In this document: piece by piece, positions 1 to 9,236 of the stretch
Position numbering within the stretch: the stretch's first letter is position 1
How the letters are laid out: the number at the start of each line of letters is the position of its first letter
Assembly: GCA_963703145.1 (NCBI GenBank)
Contig: OY969793.1
Span: 1,883,151 to 1,947,150, forward strand
DNA: 64,000 bases
Reading direction: 5' to 3'
DNA from: an uncultured Acidimicrobiales bacterium
Lineage (GTDB): Bacteria; Actinomycetota; Acidimicrobiia; Acidimicrobiales; RAAP-2
Program-made: the position numbers and the translations under genes
Notes under the pieces: generated by a model
Databases searched by the model: none
Told to the model about the DNA's origin: nothing
What the model saw: only the letters and a program-made list of their open reading frames with translations

Positions 1-1
1 C

Positions 2-1759
2 CGCGACCCAGAGCCGGCGGCGGGTCGATTCGACCGTGCGGTTGCCCTGGAGCGCCTGGCCGCCGAGGAGTTCGATGTGCTGGTCATCGGCGGGGGCATC
101 ACCGGGGCCGGCGTGGCGCTCGACGCCGCCAGTCGCGGCCTCCGCACGGCACTGGTGGAGAAGGACGACTTCGCCTCGGGCACCTCGTCCAAGTCGTCCA
201 AGCTGATCCACGGCGGACTCCGCTACCTCCAGCAGCGGGAGTACCGCCTCGTCTACGAGAACCTGGCTGAGCGGCAGCGGCTGTTGGACAACGCCCCCCA
301 CCTGGTGTCGCCCCTCCCCTTCCTCATCCCCCTGTTCGGCAAGTCCGGAGTGGTGAACTCGAGCGTGGCCCGCGTCTACCGCACGGCGCTGTGGCTCTAC
401 GACCTGACCGGCGGGGTCCGGATCGGCCGGCGCCACGAGAAGGTATCCCGGTCCCAGGCTCTGGCCCACATGCCCAACCTCCGGGCCGACCGCCTGGCCG
501 CCGGATTCCTCTACTGGGACGCCCGCGCCGACGACGCCCGCCTCACCTTGGCGGTCCTGCGCACCGCGGCGGTCGACCACGGAGCGGTGGCCGCCAACCA
601 TGCGCCCGTCACCGGCCTCATCTCGTCGCCGGACGGCACGGTCACCGGCGCCCGGGTCTCGCCCGAGGGGGGCATGCCCATCGAGGTCCGGGCCACTGTG
701 GTTGTCAACGCCGCCGGGGTCTGGTCCGACGAGGTCCGTGCCCTCGACGAGCACCGCAACCCCCACTCCATCCGCCCGGCCAAGGGGATCCACATCACGG
801 TGCCCGAGCGGGCCTTTCCCTGCGACATCGCCGCCGTCATCCCGGTGCGGGAGGACCACCGTTCCATCTTCGTGGTGTCATGGGGTGACCAGGTCTACCT
901 CGGCACCACCGACACCAGCTGGGACGGGCCGCTCGACGACCCGAGCTGCCTCCCTGAGGACGTGGACTACATCCTGGCGGCGGCCAACGCCGTCAGTACC
1001 ACCCCGATCCACCGCAGCGACATCACCGGCATCTGGACCGGCCTGCGCCCGTTATTGGCACCGGTGGCGGGCCGCCACAAGCCCAGTGAGCGCACCGCCG
1101 ACCTCTCCCGCCGCCACACGGTGCACACGTCGGACGGCGGGGTGGTGACCGTCACGGGGGGCAAGCTCACCACCTACCGGAAGATGGCCGAGGACACGGT
1201 GGACGTGGTGGTCCGGGCCCTCGGGCGCCGATCACTGCGCTGCACCACCAAGGACCTCCGCCTCCGTGGTGCCGGCGGGGGCGTGCACGCCCGGGCCTTA
1301 CCCGGCGGGGCGCGGCCCGACGGCGGACGTTCCGAGGCCGACCAGGCGGCGAAGATCGCCGCCCATCTGGCAGGCCGGTACGGCTCGGAGACACCCGACG
1401 TCCTGGCGCTGGTCGGCACCCAGCCCGACCTCCTCGCCCCCCTGGTCGAGGGACTCGAGTACCTCCGGGTCGAGGCCCTCTATGCCGCTCGCCACGAGAT
1501 GGCCGGCTCCGTGGACGACGTGCTCGACCGACGCACCCGTGCCTCGCTCCGGGACGCCCGGGCCGCGGCGCGCGCCGCCGGTGACGTGGCCGCACTGATC
1601 GGCCCCACGCTCGGCTGGGACGACGACCAGATAGCGGCGGCGGCCCGGGCCTACGCCGAGCGGGTGCAGGCCGAGCTGGTCACCGCCGGGCTCGAGCCGC
1701 CCGGCGGCCCGGCCACCGGAGCGTCGGTGACCGCCGGCGGCGCCACGGGCCCGCTATGA
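2..1759 (+). CDS. glpD: FAD-dependent glycerol-3-phosphate dehydrogenase, 5' end cut by window edge
   Basis: The frame is open from nt 2. It carries the Rossmann motif FDVLVIGGGITGAGVALDAASRG and SGTSSKSSKLIHGGLRYL. The first in-window start (GTG 77) lies inside the FAD motif, so the true start is upstream of the window. The stop overlaps the next start (ATGA at 1756-1759). Confidence 0.85.
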   Translation, partial: RDPEPAAGRFDRAVALERLAAEEFDVLVIGGGITGAGVALDAASRGLRTALVEKDDFASGTSSKSSKLIHGGLRYLQQREYRLVYENLAERQRLLDNAPHLVSPLPFLIPLFGKSGVVNSSVARVYRTALWLYDLTGGVRIGRRHEKVSRSQALAHMPNLRADRLAAGFLYWDARADDARLTLAVLRTAAVDHGAVAANHAPVTGLISSPDGTVTGARVSPEGGMPIEVRATVVVNAAGVWSDEVRALDEHRNPHSIRPAKGIHITVPERAFPCDIAAVIPVREDHRSIFVVSWGDQVYLGTTDTSWDGPLDDPSCLPEDVDYILAAANAVSTTPIHRSDITGIWTGLRPLLAPVAGRHKPSERTADLSRRHTVHTSDGGVVTVTGGKLTTYRKMAEDTVDVVVRALGRRSLRCTTKDLRLRGAGGGVHARALPGGARPDGGRSEADQAAKIAAHLAGRYGSETPDVLALVGTQPDLLAPLVEGLEYLRVEALYAARHEMAGSVDDVLDRRTRASLRDARAAARAAGDVAALIGPTLGWDDDQIAAAARAYAERVQAELVTAGLEPPGGPATGASVTAGGATGPL

Positions 1760-3264
1760 CCGGTCCCACGCCGGTGACCCCCATCGATGCCGCGCCGGCC
1801 GGTGTGGTGGACCATCTCGCCGGCCACCGGGTTCCCGTCGACGAATCCCTGCTGGCGCGGCTGTCCGAGGTGTGTGACGCCGTATCAACGCTCGAGGACG
1901 ACCGGGCCGAGGCCGGTCGGGACTGGTGGCCGTTGGCCATCGGCTGGGCCACCCGCGGGGAGGTCCCGTCCCGACCCGCCGTGGTGGCCAGACCCACCGA
2001 CACCGACCAGGTGGCCGCGGTGCTCTCCCTCTGCCACGAGGCCCGGGTGCCGGTGACCGCCTCGGGCGGCCGCAGCGGCGTGTGCGGGGCGTCGATCCCG
2101 GTGTTTGGCGGCGTCACCCTCGACACCGGCGCCTTGGCCGGCATCGGGGAGGTCGACGAGGCGTCCCTCGTGGCCGACCTGCGGGCCGGGACATTCGGGC
2201 CAGACGTCGAGTCGGGCCTGCGGGACGGTCACGGGCTGACCCTCGGCCACTGGCCCCAGTCGATGGACCTGTCGACGGTCGGGGGGTGGCTGGCGTGCCG
2301 CGGGGCGGGCCAGTACTCCAACCGCTACGGGAAGATCGAGGACATGGTCCTCGGGCTCGAAGTGGTGCTGGCCGACGGCCGGGTGGTGCGAACCGGAGGG
2401 CACGGCCCACGCTCCGCCACCGGTCCGGACCTGACCCAGCTGTTCGTGGGTAGCGAGGGCACCCTCGGCGTCATCACCGAAGGCCGATTCCGGGTACACC
2501 CGGTCCCCGAGGCTGACGGTCGGCGGGCCTTCGGCTTCCCGACGTTCGCTGACGGCCTGGAGGCATGCCGGCGCATCTTGCGGCGCGGGGCCACCCCGGC
2601 CGTGCTGAGGCTCTACGACACCACCGAGTCGGCCCGCTCGTTCGACCTCCCCGAAACCAATGTCCTCATCGTCTTGGACGAGGCCGACCCCGCACTGGTG
2701 GCGGCCACCTTGTCGGTGGTCGACGACGAGTGCGGGTCCGCCGACGGGCTGGACCTCGGACTGGTCGACCGGTGGCTCACCCACCGCAACGACGTGTCGG
2801 CCCTGGCCCCGCTGTGGCGGTCGGGCATCGTGGTCGACACCGCCGAGGTGGCGGCCCGCTGGAGCGTCCTGCCCGGCCTCTACGACGCGGTCCTCTCGGC
2901 CCTGGCCGGCGTCGAGGGCACCCTGGTGGCCTCGTCCCACCAGAGCCACGCCTACACCGACGGGGCGTGCCTCTACTTCACCTTCGCCGGCCGGCCCCCC
3001 GACGAGGGGGAGGATGCGGGCACCTGGGCGGGCGACTACTACCGGCGGGCCTGGGATGAGGTGACCCGGGCGACCCTGTCGGCCGGCGGGGCCATCAGCC
3101 ACCATCACGGCATCGGGCTCAACCGGGCCCGCTTCCTGCCCGACGCCCTCGGCGGCGGATTCGCGGTCCTCCAGTCGGTCAAAGAGGCGCTCGATCCCCG
3201 CGGGATCCTCAACCCCGGCAAGCTCGGCCTGGCCAACCCGTTCGGCGAGGTCCCCTGGCCATGA
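1756..3264 (+). CDS. FAD-binding (PCMH/VAO-type) oxidoreductase, GlcD / alkyl-DHAP-synthase-like
   Basis: 502-aa ORF with an FAD_binding_4-like segment (VTASGGRSGVCGASIP) and C-terminal HHHGIGLNRA typical of FAD-linked oxidases. Translationally coupled on both sides by ATGA overlaps. Confidence 0.75.
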   Translation: MTGPTPVTPIDAAPAGVVDHLAGHRVPVDESLLARLSEVCDAVSTLEDDRAEAGRDWWPLAIGWATRGEVPSRPAVVARPTDTDQVAAVLSLCHEARVPVTASGGRSGVCGASIPVFGGVTLDTGALAGIGEVDEASLVADLRAGTFGPDVESGLRDGHGLTLGHWPQSMDLSTVGGWLACRGAGQYSNRYGKIEDMVLGLEVVLADGRVVRTGGHGPRSATGPDLTQLFVGSEGTLGVITEGRFRVHPVPEADGRRAFGFPTFADGLEACRRILRRGATPAVLRLYDTTESARSFDLPETNVLIVLDEADPALVAATLSVVDDECGSADGLDLGLVDRWLTHRNDVSALAPLWRSGIVVDTAEVAARWSVLPGLYDAVLSALAGVEGTLVASSHQSHAYTDGACLYFTFAGRPPDEGEDAGTWAGDYYRRAWDEVTRATLSAGGAISHHHGIGLNRARFLPDALGGGFAVLQSVKEALDPRGILNPGKLGLANPFGEVPWP

Positions 3265-4730
3265 GCATCCTGGTGGTGGACGTCGGGACCTCAGGCGTCC
3301 GTGGGGCGGTGGTCCGACCCGACGGATCGGTGGAGCACATCCACCACGTCCCGGTGCTCCCCGACACCCCATTTCCCGGTCTGGTCGAGTTCGACGCCGT
3401 GGCCATGGCCACCGCGGTGGTCTCGGTAGCCGAGGCCACCCTGGCCGTCGGTGGGCCGGTCGAGGCCGTCGGCATCGCCAACCAACGGGCCTCGACCATC
3501 GTCTGGGACCGGTCCACCGGGGTGCCGGTGGCCCCGGGCCTCGGCTGGCAGGACCTGCGCACCGTGGGCGCCTGTCTCGAACTCCAGGCCAAGGGGATCC
3601 GGGTGGCGCCCAACGCGTCGGCCACCAAACTCGCCGCCCTGCTCGACCTGGCCGACCCCGACCGGTCCCGCTCGCAGCGGGGCGAACTGGCCTTTGGGAC
3701 CGTGGACACCTGGGTGGCGTGGACCCTGTCGGCCGGCCGCCTGCACCTGACTGACGCCTCCAACGCCGGGGTCACCGGGCTCACCACCGCGGACGGCTCC
3801 GGCTGGAGCCCCGAGGTGCTGGAGCAGCTGCGCATCCCCGAGGCGGTCCTGCCCACCATCGTCGACTCCTCCGGCGTGATGGGCCGGGCCGAGCTCCTAG
3901 ACGGTGCCCCGTTGCTGGCCGGGATGGCCGGTGACCAGCAGGCGTCACTGATCGGCCAGGGATGCACCCGACCCGGCCAGGCCAAGGCCACCTTCGGCAC
4001 CGGCGGGATGCTCGACCAGTGCGTCGGGCCCGAGCGGCCGGCCCAGGCGGCGCGTGGCCCGGCCGGGACCATCCCCATCATCGCCTGGCGACGCGGCGGA
4101 TCGGTCACCTGGGGGGTCGAGGCCATCATGCTGTCCGCCGGCACCTGCGTCGAGTGGCTGCGGGACGACCTGGCCATCATCGAGTCGGCCGCCGACTCGG
4201 CCGACGTGGCCGCCCGCTGCGACGACACGGGCGACGTGTGGTTCGTCCCGGCCCTCCTCGGTCTGGGCACGCCGGTGTGGGACTTCGGGGCCCGGGGGAC
4301 CTTCGTCGGCCTGACCCGGGGCAGCGGCCGACCCGAACTGGTGCGCGCCGTCCTCAACGGGGTGGCCCACCGGGGAGCTGACCTGGTCGAGGCGGCGGCG
4401 GCCGACTCGGGACTGCCCATCGGGACCCTCCGGGTCGACGGCGGGATGTCGGCCAACCCAGTGTTCACCCAGGCCCTGGCGGACGCCTGCGGCCGGACCA
4501 TCGAGATCGCTCCGGTGCTCGAGGCCACCACGCTCGGGGCTGCGTACTTGGCGGGCATGGCCGTGGGCACCTGGGCCGACGAGGAGGAGGTGGCCGACGT
4601 GTGGGCACCGAGCCGGGTCGTGGTGCCCGCCATCGACGACGAGACCCGGCTGCAGCAGCGGGCCCGATGGCTCGACGCCCGGGGCCGCTCCGAGGCCACC
4701 ATCCCCGAGCTGTCGGCTCTCGACTTCTGA
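3261..4730 (+). CDS. FGGY-family carbohydrate kinase (glycerol kinase-like)
   Basis: N-terminal ILVVDVGTSGVRGAVV phosphate-1 motif. ANQRASTIVWDRSTGVPV...GWQDLRT resembles the GlpK signature. Third gene of the glpD operon. Confidence 0.75.
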   Translation: MSILVVDVGTSGVRGAVVRPDGSVEHIHHVPVLPDTPFPGLVEFDAVAMATAVVSVAEATLAVGGPVEAVGIANQRASTIVWDRSTGVPVAPGLGWQDLRTVGACLELQAKGIRVAPNASATKLAALLDLADPDRSRSQRGELAFGTVDTWVAWTLSAGRLHLTDASNAGVTGLTTADGSGWSPEVLEQLRIPEAVLPTIVDSSGVMGRAELLDGAPLLAGMAGDQQASLIGQGCTRPGQAKATFGTGGMLDQCVGPERPAQAARGPAGTIPIIAWRRGGSVTWGVEAIMLSAGTCVEWLRDDLAIIESAADSADVAARCDDTGDVWFVPALLGLGTPVWDFGARGTFVGLTRGSGRPELVRAVLNGVAHRGADLVEAAAADSGLPIGTLRVDGGMSANPVFTQALADACGRTIEIAPVLEATTLGAAYLAGMAVGTWADEEEVADVWAPSRVVVPAIDDETRLQQRARWLDARGRSEATIPELSALDF

Positions 4731-4879
4731 CCCGGGATGCCCACCACAGGGCGGCGCGGTGCCACCCCCAGGGGGCGGACCATTGAAGAACGCGCCTGGT
4801 AACGCCTAGTGTGGGTGAGTCGCCACGCTCGGCGACCGCGCCGAACCAACCGGCACATGCAGGGGAACCAGGGGATCGG

Positions 4880-5875
4880 ATGAGCACGGATATCGGGACA
4901 GTCGGAGCCGACCCCGCCATGCCCGTCGGGCCCCCGGCGCCGCCCTCCATCGAGGAGGCCGTGGCCACCTCCAGGAATCTCCACCTGGCCCTGTCCAGCG
5001 TCCTCCTCGGCACCCCCCGGGCCGTGACCTTCGCCGTGGTGGCGGCGCTGTCGGGCAATCATCTGCTCATCGAGGACGTGCCCGGCGTGGGCAAGACCGT
5101 GCTGGCCCGGGCGCTGTCCACCGCGTTGGGGGTCCAGCTCTCGAGGGTCCAGGGGCATCCCGACCTTCTGCCGTCCGACGTCACCGGGGTCACCGTCTTC
5201 TCGCCCGAGACTGCCACCTGGGAGTTCCGCCCCGGACCGGTGTTCGGTCACGTCGTGCTCCTCGACGAACTCAACAGGACGCCACCCCGGACCCAGTCGG
5301 CCCTCTTGGAGGCCATGGAGGAGCAGCAGGTGTCGGTGGACGGCGAGTCGTGGCCCCTTCCCCGTCCCCACCTGGTCATCGGCACCCAGAACCCCATCGG
5401 CCAGCTGGGCACGTACCCGCTGGTGGAAAGCCAGCTCGACCGGTTCGGGGTGTCCACCTCCATCGGCTATCCCGATGCCGAGGTCGAGACCAGGCTGGTG
5501 CTCCACAACGGCGGTCGCTATGCCCTCGACACCCTGGTGCCGGTGTCGGACCCGGCCCAATGGGAGCGCGCCATCAACGCCACGACCATGGTCCAGGTGG
5601 TCAACGCCGTGGCCGAGTACGCCGTCTCCCTGGTGCGGGCCACCCGCACGGCGGGGACGGTCCGCCTGGGCGCCAGCCCCCGGGCGGCCATCTCCTTGAT
5701 CCGTGCGGCTCAGGCTTACGCCGTGCTGAACGCCCGGGCCTACGTGACGCCCCAGGACATCCAGGCCGTGGCGGTGGCCTGTCTCGCCCACCGGCTGGTG
5801 GCCGAGGGGAGCGGTGGCGAGGGGGCGACCCTGGTCTCCCAGATCATCGCCGAAGCACCCGTCCCGGCCACGTGA
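4880..5875 (+). CDS. MoxR-family AAA+ ATPase
   Basis: Walker A in LLIEDVPGVGKTVLARAL, HPDLLPSDVTG, Walker B VVLLDELNR. ATG 4880 is preceded by a GGGGA RBS; the longer ORF from 4811 is less likely. Confidence 0.85.
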   Translation: MSTDIGTVGADPAMPVGPPAPPSIEEAVATSRNLHLALSSVLLGTPRAVTFAVVAALSGNHLLIEDVPGVGKTVLARALSTALGVQLSRVQGHPDLLPSDVTGVTVFSPETATWEFRPGPVFGHVVLLDELNRTPPRTQSALLEAMEEQQVSVDGESWPLPRPHLVIGTQNPIGQLGTYPLVESQLDRFGVSTSIGYPDAEVETRLVLHNGGRYALDTLVPVSDPAQWERAINATTMVQVVNAVAEYAVSLVRATRTAGTVRLGASPRAAISLIRAAQAYAVLNARAYVTPQDIQAVAVACLAHRLVAEGSGGEGATLVSQIIAEAPVPAT

Positions 5876-7071
5876 GGCGGGCCGACCCCGAGGCTGGGGC
5901 GGCCGGCTGGCGAACCGGGATCGCCGTCGGGATCGGGGTGATTGCCGGGGTGGGCGGCGTCCTGGTGACCCGGGTGGCCCTGGGGCCCGGTGCGGTGCCC
6001 ATCGGTGCGGCCATAGGGGTGGCGGCCCTGGTGGTCGGCGTGGCAGCGACCCGCCGACTCGGTCCTTCGGCTCGGCATCGCCGGATGTGGCTGCCTACAG
6101 GGGCCCGACTGCGCACCCGGTTGCACCCGGTGGCCTGGTTCGGCCCGGTGGTGGGGAGCATCGTCGCCATGCTGGCCTGGGCCGGTGTGGCCCACTCCAG
6201 CGGGTCGGGGTGGGTCCAGGCCATCGGGGCGCTGTTGGCCGCGGTACTGCTCACCGGTCTGGTGATGCCGGCGTTCCCCGCCCACCGGGCCACGGTGACC
6301 TGTGTGGCCTCGCCGTCGGACGGGGAGGCCGGGCGGCCCGTGACCCTGACCCTCCGGGCCAACGGGCCGGTCCGGATCCGGCCGCGGTATCCGGTCGGGG
6401 CGGTGGTGCGAGCCGAGGGTCCTGTCCATGGGCTGCGGTCCGCAGCAGTGGAGGTGACCCCGGACCGCCGCGGCGTACTGACCTCGGTGGCGGTGGAGGT
6501 GGCCTCGTGCGCGCCCTTCGGGATCCTGTGGTGGGCCCGGGAGGTCGAGGTCCCCTTGGCCCGGCCCTTGCACGTGGCCCCGCGCACGGGCGAGCCCGGA
6601 CGCATCGAGCTGGCCGGCGACCCGGCACCCGGAGATGCTCCCCGGTGGCACGCCGCCGTCTCGGGCGAACCCCGGGGCGTCCGTCCCTACCGCCCAGGTG
6701 ACGCCCGGCACTCGGTGCACTGGCCCGCTACCTCCCACACCGGCGTGCTCATGGTGCGCGAGGCCGAGCGCCAGACCGACGACCCGCTGGTGGTCAACGT
6801 GGTGCTCCCCCTTGATCCCCTCGAGGCGGAGGCAGAGTCCGAACGGGCCATGGCCACGGTCGGCCGCGAGCTGGCCCGGGGGCGACCGGTGATCCTCGGC
6901 ACCGTCGAGGATGATGGACGGGTGATCCGGCCGGTACGCGACCGTGTCGACCTCGGGCGGCGGCTAGCCCGGGCCGTGTGCGGGCCCATGCCTCGGCCGG
7001 CCACCGTGCCAGCCGTCGATGCCCCCTCCCCCGCCGCCGGGCGACCGCCTCCCCACCGGTCCCCACGGTGA
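5872..7071 (+). CDS. DUF58 domain protein (MoxR partner), N-terminal TM segments
   Basis: VRPYRPGDARHSVHWPATSHTGVLMVRE is the DUF58 signature. GTG 5872 overlaps the MoxR stop (GTGA). The upstream part of the 5350 ORF overlaps moxR out of frame. Confidence 0.8.
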   Translation: MRRADPEAGAAGWRTGIAVGIGVIAGVGGVLVTRVALGPGAVPIGAAIGVAALVVGVAATRRLGPSARHRRMWLPTGARLRTRLHPVAWFGPVVGSIVAMLAWAGVAHSSGSGWVQAIGALLAAVLLTGLVMPAFPAHRATVTCVASPSDGEAGRPVTLTLRANGPVRIRPRYPVGAVVRAEGPVHGLRSAAVEVTPDRRGVLTSVAVEVASCAPFGILWWAREVEVPLARPLHVAPRTGEPGRIELAGDPAPGDAPRWHAAVSGEPRGVRPYRPGDARHSVHWPATSHTGVLMVREAERQTDDPLVVNVVLPLDPLEAEAESERAMATVGRELARGRPVILGTVEDDGRVIRPVRDRVDLGRRLARAVCGPMPRPATVPAVDAPSPAAGRPPPHRSPR

Positions 7072-9236
7072 CGCTCTGGCAGCGGGTCGTCCAGGCCAAC
7101 CGGCCCGGCCCCCCCGAACACTCCGTGCCATTCCGCGTGGCCTCCACGGCCACGGTGGTCATCGCCATCGGGGCGTGCTGGAGCCAAGGGGAGCTGGCCG
7201 CCCCCTTCTCGGTGTTCGCCATGGTGGCCACGGTGGTCGGCAACGTGCTGTCGTACCAGCGGCGCTCCCGGCCGTGGCCGGCCATCAAACCCATCCTGGC
7301 GGTGTGCGCCATAGGCGGGTTCGTTTGGTTCATCGCCCGGGTGAGTCACACCGCCACCCCCGGGGACATCTCGACGGTGGAGGGACCCCTGGCCGTGCTG
7401 TTCGCCTGGGTGCTATGCACCCATGCCTTCGACGTCCCCGCCCGGCGCGACGTGGCGTACTCCCTGGCCGGGTCTGCCGCGCTGATGGCGGTGGCCGCGG
7501 CTCAATCGGTCGACCTGGCGCTCGGGGTCTACGTCGTGGCCTGGATGGCGTGCGGCGTGTGGGGCCTGGTCACCATGTGGCAGTCGATGTCGGGGACCCG
7601 GGGCGTCCCCTGGTTGACCCTGGGCATCGCCGGGGTGGCCGTGGCCGGGGTGGCCGCCCTGCTCGTGTCGGTCCTCCCTGCCCCCTCGGTGTCGGCGTCC
7701 CTGGTCTTCCCGTCCTCGGCGGCCAACTCCTCACCGGTCAACTCCCCGAGCAACCTGACCGACGGCTCGGCATCATTCCCGGCCCACGCCGCCAGCCCGT
7801 CGGGCCGGACCGGCATCGGGGGCTACCTCGGGTTCGCCAAATCGCTCGACACCGGGGTGCGGGCCTCGCTGGGCAACCAGACGGTCATGCGGGTCAGAGC
7901 GGCTCGCCCGTCGTTCTGGGTCGGACAGACCTACGACACCTGGAACGGCGAGAGCTGGACCTCGGCGCCGACCGCCGGCAAAGGCGTGGTGAAGCTGGAG
8001 ACCGGCTCACCCTTCGAGATCACCCTGAGCAACGATCAGCAGGCGGCCGATGCCGTCGGCACCACCGATATCCAGACCTTCTACCTGGCCCAGTCGGGAC
8101 CCAACCTGGTGTTCCACGCCGACAACGCCCAGCGCGTCTACCTCCAGTCCCGGGCGCTGTACCTGACCGGTGACGGCACCATCGTGTCCGCCGCCTCCAT
8201 GGGCGCGGGCACGGTCTACACCGTGGTCTCCGACGACAACACCGCCACCGGCACCCAGCTGGAGGACGCCACCTCGGCGCTGCCGGCCACCTATCCGGGG
8301 GGACTGACCCGCCTGCCCCCCGATCAGGAGCGCCGCTACCTCCAACTCCCCCACCCCTACCCCCGGGTGGCGGCCCTGGCCCAGCACATCACCGCCGGGA
8401 TCGGCACCCCGGGGGACGCCAACCCCCTGACCTACCAGAAGGTCGAGGCCATCGAGCGCTGGATGGGCTCCCATGTCACCTACACCACCGACATCCCACC
8501 GCTCCCGCCCGGCGCCGACGCCGTCGACACGTTCCTGTTCGGCTCGCGACGAGGCTTCTGCGAGCAGATCTCGACGGCGACGGTGGTCATGCTCCGGTCG
8601 CTCGGCATCGCGGCACGCGAGACAGTGGGCTACGTCCCGGGCTCCTATGACCCCATCACCGACCTCTACGACATCCAGGCCAAGGATGCCCACGCCTGGG
8701 TGCAGGTCTGGTTCCCCGGGTACGGATGGCAGAACTTCGACCCCACCGCCAACGTGCCCCTGGCCAACCCCAGCCCGGGCTCGGTGCTGGCCCACAGCGC
8801 CGGTCGGCTCCTCGGCCGCCTGCCATGGATCCCCATCGGCATCGTGGCCGGTGTCGGCGGCGCCGCCGTCGGGTTCCGTCGCCGCCGGCAGCGGCGACCC
8901 GCTACCTGGGCCCACCAGGTCGCCGCCGACCTCGAGCGGGGCGGGGTGCGGCTGGGTCGCAAGCGCCGGGCGAATGAGACGCTGACCGCCTACGGCGAAC
9001 GACTGGCTGTGGCCGACCCGGCCAGTGCCGAGGGCCTGTTGTGGTGCACCCGGCTGGTCGAGCGCAACAGCTACGGGGGGGTCGAGCCCTCCGCCGACGA
9101 GATCAGCGGCGCTCTGGTCATCTCGCGACGGTTCCGCAACCGTCGACCGACCGGAGGCCCGGTCCCGACCGGTCAGGAGCGGGATACCGCCAGCGCCTCG
9201 TCGAACGACGCACCGGCCGCCAGCAGGGGCCGGTAG
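7068..9236 (+). CDS. Transglutaminase-domain membrane protein (TgpA-like)
   Basis: Multiple N-terminal TM helices. Transglutaminase core FCEQISTATVVMLRSLGIAARETVGY ... DAHAWVQVWFPGYGWQNFDPT (Cys-His-Asp). GTG 7068 overlaps the DUF58 stop (GTGA). Confidence 0.85.
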   Translation: MTLWQRVVQANRPGPPEHSVPFRVASTATVVIAIGACWSQGELAAPFSVFAMVATVVGNVLSYQRRSRPWPAIKPILAVCAIGGFVWFIARVSHTATPGDISTVEGPLAVLFAWVLCTHAFDVPARRDVAYSLAGSAALMAVAAAQSVDLALGVYVVAWMACGVWGLVTMWQSMSGTRGVPWLTLGIAGVAVAGVAALLVSVLPAPSVSASLVFPSSAANSSPVNSPSNLTDGSASFPAHAASPSGRTGIGGYLGFAKSLDTGVRASLGNQTVMRVRAARPSFWVGQTYDTWNGESWTSAPTAGKGVVKLETGSPFEITLSNDQQAADAVGTTDIQTFYLAQSGPNLVFHADNAQRVYLQSRALYLTGDGTIVSAASMGAGTVYTVVSDDNTATGTQLEDATSALPATYPGGLTRLPPDQERRYLQLPHPYPRVAALAQHITAGIGTPGDANPLTYQKVEAIERWMGSHVTYTTDIPPLPPGADAVDTFLFGSRRGFCEQISTATVVMLRSLGIAARETVGYVPGSYDPITDLYDIQAKDAHAWVQVWFPGYGWQNFDPTANVPLANPSPGSVLAHSAGRLLGRLPWIPIGIVAGVGGAAVGFRRRRQRRPATWAHQVAADLERGGVRLGRKRRANETLTAYGERLAVADPASAEGLLWCTRLVERNSYGGVEPSADEISGALVISRRFRNRRPTGGPVPTGQERDTASASSNDAPAASRGR

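Noticed and set aside
3209-5791. 860-aa minus-strand ORF, and similar long ORFs at 1885-3372(-), 8007-9542(-), 9041-10360(+), 26128-27372(-), 45077-46420(+), 48670-50109(+), 49905-51650(+), 52831-55098(+), 60600-62075(-) and 62404-63462(-)
   Set aside because: These are Arg/Pro/Gly/His-rich, low-complexity translations lying antisense or out of frame to genes with clear family motifs. They are typical GC-driven shadow ORFs.
5350-5871. Upstream extension of the DUF58 ORF
   Set aside because: It is out of frame inside moxR and has shadow composition. GTG 5872 gives the standard GTGA coupling.
9173-9236. 64-nt convergent 3' overlap of the transglutaminase and oxidoreductase genes
   Set aside because: Both C-termini are low-information tails. 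The overlap may be real, but I see no functional implication that can be supported.
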